The position numbers were made by a program, and so were the translations under genes. Shown piece by piece: positions 54,201 to 64,000 of a stretch of 64,000 nt of DNA. The number at the start of each line of letters is the position of its first letter. The first letter of the stretch is position 1. This DNA is from Macrostomum hystrix (lineage: Eukaryota; Animalia; Platyhelminthes). The notes under the pieces are model-generated. The model was given only the letters and a program-made list of their open reading frames with translations, did no database searches and had not been told where the DNA came from. Where the stretch lies: NCBI GenBank assembly GCA_950097015.1, contig CATNEN010000038.1, positions 25,730,001 through 25,794,000 on the forward strand, read 5' to 3'.

Positions 54201-55169
54201 CATGTCTGAAGTGCCGCTGCTACTGAAGCTGCAGAGCTTCGTGCCGTTGCTACTGCTGGATGCTGCCGATGAGGACGACGTTCCATTGGCAGCCGGCACC
54301 GGGTTGCTGATGGCGCTTCCTAGAAAGTGCGGAAACCCGAAGAAGAAATAGCCGACGCCAATTATTGCGCAACCGATGCCAAGCAGGCGAGACCGGTTGC
54401 CGCCGTGACCGAAATACGAGATGAAAAACGTGGCCACAATGCAGAACACTTCGTAGGAAGCATAGATGTAGCCAATCTCTTTAGTTGTTAGTCCGTAGCG
54501 CAATTCAATTGTAGTATTAATACTGTTGATGTAGCCGCTAACTATGAAACTCTGTACAAAGTACAGGCCAATAACGGAGATGAGGAATGGCAAAGGACGG
54601 GCCAGCGGTTGCAGGCAGGCCGGGTGGTAGCAGAACAGACCGCACCGAGTGAGCTCTGGGTCTAGCTCTTGTTCTGTTGAAGCAGTTTCTAAGGAACTAT
54701 CCGCTACTGTAGAACTACCTGCATCAGAAGCTGAGCTGGCCAGCTGTGTTGGAGTGTCCTGCATTGAACTGTCGCCAGTTGCGCAAGAATAATTTCTAGC
54801 CCTCTCGTCCGCGTCGCTGATTGGCTCAGCAAAGCCTGGCAGGACGGCCAAGCCGGGAAGGAACAGCTGGTGAGGAACTGGCGGACAGCTGTGCATTCGT
54901 CTATGGCCCAAGCCGGAGGTGCGACGATGCTGCTGATGCTGCGGATGATGCAACTCGGCCTCGCGACGCCGATGATCCGGCGGTGCCAAAGATTGCGCTC
55001 GAGTTACGGAGGCCGACGAAGAGCCGGCTCTGTGCCTGCCGGTATCGCCGGCTGCCAGCCATGGACCGCCGTCACTTTTGCGGCGTCGACCATTTTGTTG
55101 AACTGCTTCATCCGCTGCTGCTGCTGCTGCTATGCCGTTGCTATGGCCGCTTTTATTCTCCAGTGTCAT
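48212..55169 (-). CDS. Organic anion transporting polypeptide (OATP/SLCO family, MFS fold with Kazal-like loop), about 896 aa, 3 exons
   Basis: Exons (-): 53453-55169, 52268-52575, 48212-48877, phase-consistent with both donors GTTAGT. Motifs: CGLFCYHPACLQ, TTIELRYGL, ISYFG...RSRLLGIG, family signature HPLWTGAWWLGF, Kazal-like CNAACNC..YDPVC..TYFTPCHAGC, RLLAFIPAPIYFGALFDSNCL. Confidence 0.95.
48912..52260. repeat. 20-bp minisatellite filling OATP intron 2, with two subtypes (GTCTAACAGCTATCTACAGT, then GCCTAACAGCCATCCCCAAT)
   Basis: Direct periodicity; abrupt subtype switch at about 49430. Confidence 0.97.
52598..53420. repeat. 22-bp minisatellite (TTATCT(C/A)ACCTGGTCTGTGATC) filling OATP intron 1
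   Basis: About 37 units covering nearly all of intron 52576-53452. Confidence 0.97.
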
Positions 55170-55460
55170 GCCAGCTTCTGAACTAAACGTTCGACTTTGT
55201 TGCTGCTGAAGAATCTCGTCAGGTTGCTGAAAAGTATTTGCTTTGCTACTAAAGTTAAGATGGACGAAGAACTCAATCTTGAATAGAACTTGGTACTATC
55301 AATGACAGGTCCAGAATACGAAAAACAAAACTTAATTGAACTTCTTTTTATACAAAATTGAGTAAGAATTAATGCTAATAAAAAAATTATTTGTCCTTGA
55401 TGGTAGGCTGTTAATCTGTTTTCGTTTTTCTTGTTATACTCTCGTATATTCTACTAATAG

Positions 55461-55651
55461 TGGGCTTGTCGTGCAATTTACGCCCTTGAGGGCCAGCCTC
55501 CAAGGCACAGTGAGAGTGTACACTGCCTGACTATGAAAAATTCAGAGCAGATGTACACACCTGTGTGAGCGTGTGCCTGCGTACGGGTATCTGTGTGCGT
55601 GTGTGCTCAGGAGTCAGTGGACTGGGCGGAAGTGCCACCTCGCTGGCTGCA
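55461..55651 (+). mobile_element. SINE family A, internal fragment
   Basis: gggcttgtcgtgcaatttacgcccttgagggccagcctccaaggcacagtg...gctcaggagtcag matches the family body. Confidence 0.88.
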
Positions 55652-56049
55652 GATCAACAATAATGGCCAACATGGTTACATGATGAAATTTCATGAGCAG
55701 AAAAAATATGCCAGTTTTTGCCACCAGAAACTCCGTTGAATACGATACAGATATTTGTGATTCTGGAAGTTCTTTCATGTGGTAGAGCGGAAAATTTTAG
55801 CACGTGTTCTGCATTTTTTCATGGCGATTGGTTAAAAAACTTTAAAGTTCAAAGTTGAATGACTTTAATATCTGATGAGAACAGTATATGGTACTATTTT
55901 TAATCTTAAAACTGTTTTATTTAAACCTAGACTTTAGCTTAAGCTAGTGTGTCTCCATGTTATAGCTAGAAAATTAAGCTAAAAGAAAAGAATTATAAAG
56001 CTATTTTTAATTTCTTTAGCAATTTTACGAATTTTAACTGATTTCACAT

Positions 56050-56300
56050 GCCCTGATCAGGCCAGATGTGCAGCCGACAGCACAGCCGCAGCTATTGCGC
56101 GGCGCATCTGAAGGCTGCGTACCGCTGTTCAGTCCATGGACTGCGGAGACGCCACACTCACTCTCAACTACCCCACATGAATAATGGGTGAACTGAAGCA
56201 ATCCTAAAGTAAGTGTCTTGCTAAAAGACAATTTTTCCAGTGGAGTCGGGAATCGAACCACCGACCTTCAAGTCGTGTGTCCGACGTTCTTACTACTAGG
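56050..56300 (-). mobile_element. SINE family B copy
   Basis: Minus strand: CCTAGTAGTAAGAACG, GGTTCGATTCC (B box), gcaagacacttac..cttcagttcaccc; collinear with 37184-37400. Confidence 0.72.
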
Positions 56301-57174
56301 AAAAAATTTATTTCTTGGTTAAAAATTTTTACTAATCAACTAAAAAAGTTTTGCGCACTTTAACGTTTTGAGCTAAGTGCTATGGATAAAAAAGTGCTTT
56401 TATTTAACTTATTTTGAGCACTACTCACTAGCAAGAACAGACAGACACGCAAGTTTTGGTTACTTTTTAACAAAAAATTGGCGAAACGTAATATATAGCT
56501 CAATGGCTATATTTAGTTACCTAAATGAATCTCAGTTCGCACACATTTGTGCAATAATCCTAGCCCACCTGACAAACAATGCTAACGATTTACTGTGCTG
56601 GGTGGAAACAATATTGACTTCAAATCTAGCTAGCTAGCTAGTCAGTTAGGGGACTCAGAAACAAAAATTCTAAACTGCATGAGAATAGTGGAACTATACG
56701 ACAGCTGGCACAATACAGCACTGGACTTCAATTCACAATGCTCGTCACTAGCTCTAATCTGGGGGTCTGTACTTAATAGTACAAGTGCATAAGCGCATGA
56801 GCACACACCAATTTCCAGTCTAAAATAGAGGGCCAACTCAATAAAACGTATCGCACAAATGTCAGGTGAATTCTATAGTCCGACCTGATTGAGTATAGCA
56901 CAAGCCAACTCTACTTGTTTACTTAGCAAACCAATTTTATCTTAACTTAAGCTAGTGTGTCTCCATGTTATAGCTAGAAAATGGAATAAGCTAGCCCTAC
57001 CTAGCCAGTATGGGAAGAAAGTAAGACCAAGAGTGTATTTATATGATAATTCCTATTTTATAAATAATTTGCACTTTTTGTTGAAACCATGCTTCATACC
57101 TTTTACCTAGATTTTAGCTGAGCGTTAGTTAAACGGCGGCGTTTAGAAAGATACAACTCCTCTCAATGTCACGA

Positions 57175-60100
57175 GCTCGTATCTCTCACCATAGCTATGT
57201 TGTGTCTCATCTGTCCCGTGTCTCATCTCTCCTGTGTCTCATCTGTCCCGTGTCTCATCTCTCCCGTGTCTCATCTGTCCCGTGTCTCATCTCTCCCGTG
57301 TCTCATCTCTCCCGTGTCTCATCTCTCCCGTGTCTCATCTCTCCTGTGTCACATCTCTCCCGTGTCTCATCTCACCCGTGTCTCATCTCTCCCGTGTCTC
57401 ATCTGTCCCGTGTCTCATCTCTCCCGTGTCTCATCTCTCCCGTGTCTCATCTCTCCCGTGTCTCATCTCTCCTGTGTCACATCTCTCCTGTGTCTCATCT
57501 CTCCCGTGTCTCATCTCTCCCGTGTCACATCTCTCCTGTGTCTCATCTCTCCCGTGTCTCATCTCTCCCGTGTCTCATCTCTCCCGTGTCTCATCTCTCC
57601 TGTGTCTCATCTGTCCCGTGTCTCATCTCTCCCGTGTCTCATCTCTCCTGTGTCACATCTCTCCTGTGTCTCATCTCTCCCGTGTCTCATCTCTCCCGTG
57701 TCTCATCTCTCCTGTGTCACATCTCTCCCGTGTCTCATCTCACCCGTGTCTCATCTCTCCCGTGTCTCATCTGTCCCGTGTCTCATCTCTCCCGTGTCTC
57801 ATCTCTCCCGTGTCTCATCTGTCCCGTGTCTCATCTCTCCCGTGTCTCATCTCTCCCGTGTCTCATCTCTCCCGTGTCTCATCTCTCCTGTGTCACATCT
57901 CTCCCGTGTCTCATCTCACCCGTGTCTCATCTCTCCCGTGTCTCATCTGTCCCGTGTCTCATCTCTCCCGTGTCTCATCTCTCCCGTGTCTCATCTCTCC
58001 CGTGTCTCATCTCTCCTGTGTCACATCTCTCCCGTGTCTCATCTCACCCGTGTCTCATCTCTCCCGTGTCTCATCTGTCCCGTGTCTCATCTCTCCCGTG
58101 TCTCATCTCTCCCGTGTCTCATCTGTCCCGTGTCTCATCTCTCCCGTGTCTCATCTCTCCCGTGTCTCATCTCTCCCGTGTCTCATCTCTCCTGTGTCAC
58201 ATCTCTCCCGTGTCTCATCTCACCCGTGTCTCATCTCTCCCGTGTCTCATCTGTCCCGTGTCTCATCTCTCCCGTGTCTCATCTCTCCCGTGTCTCATCT
58301 CTCCTGTGTCACATCTCTCCTGTGTCTCATCTCTCCCGTGTCTCATCTCTCCCGTGTCTCATCTCTCCCGTGTCACATCTCTCCTGTGTCTCATCTCTCC
58401 CGTGTCTCATCTCTCCCGTGTCTCATCTCTCCCGTGTCTCATCTCTCCCGTGTCTCATCTCTCCCGTGTCTCATCTCTCCCGTGTCTCATCTCTCCCGTG
58501 TCTCATCTCTCCCGTGTCTCATCTCTCCCGTGTCTCATCTCTCCCGTGTCTCATCTCTCCTGTGTCACATCTCTCCTGTGTCTCATCTCTCCCGTGTCTC
58601 ATCTCTCCCGTGTCTCATCTCTCCCGTGTCACATCTCTCCTGTGTCTCATCTCTCCTGTGTCTCATCTCTCCCGTGTCACATCTCTCCCGTGTCTCATCT
58701 CTCCCGTGTCTCATCTCTCCCGTGTCTCATCTCTCCTGTGTCTCATCTGTCCCGTGTCTCATCTCTCCCGTGTCTCATCTCTCCTGTGTCACATCTCTCC
58801 TGTGTCTCATCTCTCCCGTGTCTCATCTCTCCCGTGTCACATCTCTCCTGTGTCTCATCTCTCCTGTGTCTCATCTCTCCCGTGTCACATCTCTCCTGTG
58901 TCTCATCTCTCCCGTGTCTCATCTCTCCCGTGTCTCATCTCTCCCGTGTCTCATCTCTCCTGTGTCTCATCTGTCCCGTGTCTCATCTCTCCCGTGTCTC
59001 ATCTCTCCCGTGTCTCATCTCTCCCGTGTCTCATCTCTCCCGTGTCTCATCTCTCCCGTGTCTCATCTCTCCCGTGTCTCATCTCTCCCGTGTCTCATCT
59101 CTCCCGTGTCTCATCTCTCCCGTGTCTCATCTCTCCCGTGTCTCATCTCTCCCGTGTCTCATCTGTCCCGTGTCTCATCTCTCCCGTGTCTCATCTCTCC
59201 CGTGTCTCATCTCTCCCGTGTCTCATCTCTCCCGTGTCACATCTCTCCTGTGTCTCATCTCTCCCGTGTCTCATCTCTCCCGTGTCTCATCTCTCCCGTG
59301 TCTCATCTCTCCCGTGTCTCATCTCTCCCGTGTCTCATCTCTCCCGTGTCTCATCTCTCCCGTGTCTCATCTCTCCCGTGTCTCATCTCTCCCGTGTCTC
59401 ATCTCTCCCGTGTCTCATCTCTCCTGTGTCACATCTCTCCTGTGTCTCATCTCTCCCGTGTCTCATCTCTCCCGTGTCTCATCTCTCCCGTGTCACATCT
59501 CTCCTGTGTCTCATCTCTCCTGTGTCTCATCTCTCCCGTGTCACATCTCTCCCGTGTCTCATCTCTCCCGTGTCTCATCTCTCCCGTGTCTCATCTCTCC
59601 TGTGTCTCATCTGTCCCGTGTCTCATCTCTCCCGTGTCTCATCTCTCCTGTGTCACATCTCTCCTGTGTCTCATCTCTCCCGTGTCTCATCTCTCCCGTG
59701 TCACATCTCTCCTGTGTCTCATCTCTCCTGTGTCTCATCTCTCCCGTGTCACATCTCTCCTGTGTCTCATCTCTCCCGTGTCTCATCTCTCCCGTGTCTC
59801 ATCTCTCCCGTGTCTCATCTCTCCTGTGTCTCATCTGTCCCGTGTCTCATCTCTCCCGTGTCTCATCTCTCCCGTGTCTCATCTCTCCCGTGTCTCATCT
59901 CTCCCGTGTCTCATCTCTCCCGTGTCTCATCTCTCCCGTGTCTCATCTCTCCCGTGTCTCATCTCTCCCGTGTCTCATCTCTCCCGTGTCTCATCTCTCC
60001 CGTGTCTCATCTCTCCCGTGTCTCATCTGTCCCGTGTCTCATCTCTCCCGTGTCTCATCTCTCCCGTGTCTCATCTCTCCCGTGTCTCATCTCTCCTGTG

Positions 60101-62692
60101 TCACATCTCTCCCGTGTCTCATCTCTCCCGTGTCTCATCTCTCCCGTGTCACATCTCTCCTGTGTCTCATCTCTCCCGTGTCTCATCTCTCCCGTGTCTC
60201 ATCTCTCCCGTGTCTCATCTCTCCCGTGTCTCATCTCTCCCGTGTCTCATCTCTCCCGTGTCTCATCTGTCCCGTGTCTCATCTGTCCCGTGTCTCATCT
60301 CTCCCGTGTCTCATCTCTCCCGTGTCTCATCTCTCCCGTGTCTCATCTCTCCCGTGTCTCATCTCTCCCGTGTCTCATCTCTCCCGTGTCTCATCTCTCC
60401 CGTGTCTCATCTCTCCCGTGTCTCATCTCTCCCGTGTCTCATCTCTCCTGTGTCTCATCTCTCCCGTGTCTCATCTCTCCCGTGTCTCATCTCTCCCGTG
60501 TCTCATCTCTCCCGTGTCTCATCTCTCCCGTGTCTCATCTCTCCCGTGTCTCATCTCTCCCGTGTCTCATCTCTCCCGTGTCTCATCTCTCCCGTGTCTC
60601 ATCTCTCCCGTGTCTCATCTCTCCCGTGTCTCCTCTCTCCCGTGATTCATCTCTCCCGTGTCTCATCTCTCCTGTGTCTCATCTCTCCCGTGTCTCATCT
60701 CTCCCGTGTCTCATCTCACCCGTGTCTCATCTCTCCCGTGTCTCATCTCTCCCGTGTCTCATCTCTCCCGTGTCTCATCTCACCCGTGTCTCATCTCTCC
60801 CGTGTCTCATCTCTCCCGTGTCTCATCTCTCCCGTGTCTCATCTCTCCCGTGTCTCATCTCTCCTGTGTCTCATCTCTCCCGTGTCTCATCTCACCCGTG
60901 TCTCATCTCTCCTGTGTCTCATCTCTCCTGTGTCTCATCTCTCCCGTGTCTCATCTCTCCCGTGTCTCATCTCACCCGTGTCTCATCTCTCCCGTGTCTC
61001 ATCTGTCCCGTGTCTCATCTCTCCCGTGTCTCATCTGTCCCGTGTCTCATCTCTCCCGTGTCTCATCTCTCCCGTGTCTCATCTCTCCCGTGTCTCATCT
61101 CTCCCGTGTCTCATCTCTCCCGTGTCTCATCTCTCCCGTGTCTCATCTCTCCCGTGTCTCATCTCTCCCGTGTCTCATCTCTCCTGTGTCTCATCTCTCC
61201 CGTGTCTCATCTCTCCCGTGTCTCATCTCTCCCGTGTCTCATCTCTCCCGTGTCTCATCTCTCCCGTGTCTCATCTCTCCCGTGTCTCATCTCTCCCGTG
61301 TCTCATCTCTCCCGTGTCTCATCTCTCCCGTGTCTCATCTCTCCCGTGTCTCATCTCTCCCGTGTCTCATCTCTCCCGTGTCTCCTCTCTCCCGTGATTC
61401 ATCTCTCCCGTGTCTCATCTCTCCTGTGTCTCATCTCTCCCGTGTCTCATCTCTCCCGTGTCTCATCTCACCCGTGTCTCATCTCTCCCGTGTCTCATCT
61501 CTCCCGTGTCTCATCTCTCCCGTGTCTCATCTCACCCGTGTCTCATCTCTCCCGTGTCTCATCTCTCCCGTGTCTCATCTCTCCCGTGTCTCATCTCTCC
61601 CGTGTCTCATCTCTCCTGTGTCTCATCTCTCCCGTGTCTCATCTCACCCGTGTCTCATCTCTCCTGTGTCTCATCTCTCCTGTGTCTCATCTCTCCCGTG
61701 TCTCATCTCTCCCGTGTCTCATCTCACCCGTGTCTCATCTCTCCCGTGTCTCATCTCTCCTGTGTCTCATCTCTCCCGTGTCTCATCTCTCCTGTGTCTC
61801 ATCTCTCCCGTGTCTCATCTCTCCCGTGTCTCATCTCTCCCGTGTCTCATCTCTCCCGTGTCTCATCTCTCCCGTGTCTCATCTCTCCCGTGTCTCATCT
61901 CTCCCGTGTCTCATCTCTCCTGTGTCTCATCTGTCCCGTGTCTCATCTCTCCCGTGTCTCATCTCTCCCGTGTCTCATCTCTCCCGTGTCTCATCTCTCC
62001 CGTGTCTCATCTCTCCCGTGTCTCATCTCTCCCGTGTCTCATCTCTCCCGTGTCTCATCTCTCCCGTGTCTCATCTCTCCCGTGTCTCATCTCTCCCGTG
62101 TCTCATCTCTCCCGTGTCTCATCTCTCCCGTGTCTCATCTCTCCCGTGTCTCATCTCTCCCGTGTCTCATCTCTCCCGTGTCTCATCTCTCCCGTGTCTC
62201 ATCTCTCCCGTGTCTCATCTCTCCCGTGTCTCATCTCTCCCGTGTCTCATCTCTCCCGTGTCTCATCTCTCCCGTGTCTCATCTCTTCCGTGTCTCATCT
62301 CTCCCGTGTCTCATCTCTCCCGTGTCTCATCTCTCCCATGTCTCATCTCTCCCATGTCTCATCTCTCCCGTGTCTCATCTCTCCCGTGTCTCATCTCTCC
62401 CGTGTCTCATCTCTCCCGTGTCTCATCTCTCCTGTGTCTCATCTCTCCCGTGTCTCATCTCTCCCGTGTCTCATCTCTCCCGTGTCTCATCTCTCCCATG
62501 TCTCATCTCTCATGTGTCTCATCTCTCCCGTGTCTCATCTCTCCCGTGTCTCATCTCTCCCATGTCTCATCTCTCCCGTGTCTCCTCTCTCCCGTGATTC
62601 ATCTCTCCCGTGTCTCATCTCTCCCGTGACTCATCTCTCCCGTTTCTCATCTCTCCCATGTCTCATCTCTCCCGTGTCTCATCTCTCCCGGA
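57175..62692. repeat. 16-bp satellite (TCCCGTGTCTCATCTC), about 345 units, 5.5 kb
   Basis: Direct periodicity; higher-order duplications of about 864 bp and 752 bp. Confidence 0.98.
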
Positions 62693-64000
62693 TGTCTTTT
62701 GAAAACTTGATTGACAAAATCTGGTATGAAAGCAATACCTGGCCAGATGCATCCATGTGATCAAGAATCGAGTTAAATCTTCTAAAAATTTGCCTCATGC
62801 TCGATCCAAACGCAGTCAGTCTAAAGTCCAACAATATTGTCGTGCACAGCCCACAGTAAGAACATATTTGGCAGCAGCTTATCAGATCAGTCCACCCGAA
62901 CCACGCAAGTGATATGACAGCGTGTTGCACCATGTACGGTAGAGTGCTGGACTTGACGTTGAATAATTGACTTGAAAAATGTTTTCCCTAGTTATAATAC
63001 TAAAAAGTACAAATGATTACTAAACATAAAACAGAACATCCAAAGTGCATCGAATTAGTCATCCAATAAAGTTATGCAGTTCTGAACAAAATATAACTTC
63101 TAGTTAAGTATACAACTAGATCAAATTACTGATGAGCTATTATTGGATAAAAAACCACTAGCTCACATGATCAGATCAAAAAGTTAGCTGTTTGAAATTG
63201 ATTGAGAATCGACTAGTTACAGATTGCATAAAAGGATTAATATCTGCATCTTAAAATAAACATAAGGATCGTGGCCTAAATTAGATTGACAATAATTCAT
63301 TTAGTTGTAAAGTTCAACATATGTTAAATATAGCTGTGTATTATAATTAAAAGTGCTTAATCAGAATTAAAATTTGTTTAGCTTAAATTGGACTTGAAAA
63401 TTTAATTTTATAATACCCAGCCCTTAGTAGCTGGAGACTTATACGAGAAGGTCTGCAAGTGCTCTTAAAACCTTAGACATCATGGCATTAGTGGAAAATA
63501 GTTTGACTGACTGATGTATTTAAACCAAGAAAGCTGCTACACATAAATGACAGCAATAAGTTTTTTTAAGACTAAACAACAAAAGAAAAATTTAGATTTG
63601 AATATTGAGATAGAATGCTTTAATTGTGTATGTTAAAAAACGAACGTAACTAACAATACCCGCAATCTAACAAAGCACAATATATAGTATTTTACAAAAA
63701 ACACCAAGAAGCATAAAGAGGAAAGATGAAGTCGTGTCACATTGTTCTGCTACATCAACGCACAACGGATGTCTGACCACCTTATCAAAGTTGAGTTGCT
63801 CAGCCAGTAATTAATATCGTTAGATTTCATGGAAATAAACATGTTTTAAAAACACGAAAATTTAAACCGTACCATAACAAAGGGTTCATGTTATAAAAAA
63901 ATTAAATTATAGTTAATTTATCATACTTGCTAATGTGTCTAAGGAAGTTAACTAAAATATAAGCAAATGTTTCTATTACCTTTTAACTTAGCTGATTAAA

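Noticed and set aside
57166-62760. ORFs of 395-1810 aa (PVSHLSRVSSLPCLIS)n
   Set aside because: The 16-bp unit has no stop in any + frame, so all three frames are open; this is a satellite artefact.

Overview
AT-rich, intron-containing animal genomic DNA. The satellite-laden style and gene content fit a free-living flatworm such as Macrostomum, but that is inference only. Roughly 35-40% of the window is tandem repeat (units of 4-32 bp), and all very long six-frame ORFs over these arrays are treated as artefacts. Genes reconstructed by hand from splice sites and reading phase: (1) an intronless 4-EF-hand calmodulin-like gene (465-926, +); (2) a 16-exon FRMD3/FRMD5-like FERM-FA-TM gene (8196-25260, -) in which three introns need GC donors; (3) a tentative 2-exon low-complexity gene (26572-31813, -); (4) a 6-exon type-I membrane protein with signal peptide, PAN-like, F5/8-like, EGF, TSP1 and TM regions (32690-39199, -); (5) an intronless secreted PAN-like + LamG/pentraxin-like gene (42505-43470, +) with a decayed tandem paralog; (6) a 3-exon OATP/SLCO transporter (48212-55169, -). 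Mobile DNA includes a 5'-truncated RTE-like LINE with a TSD, eight copies of a tRNA-headed SINE, a CORE-like SINE family, an old inverted-repeat family and an internally deleted Crypton-type (tyrosine recombinase, DUF3504-family) element. That element is the most unusual object here: it carries a 135-bp hairpin and recombinase-site-like inverted arms, and sits inside a minisatellite whose unit resembles those arms and also forms a 5.5-kb array later in the window.
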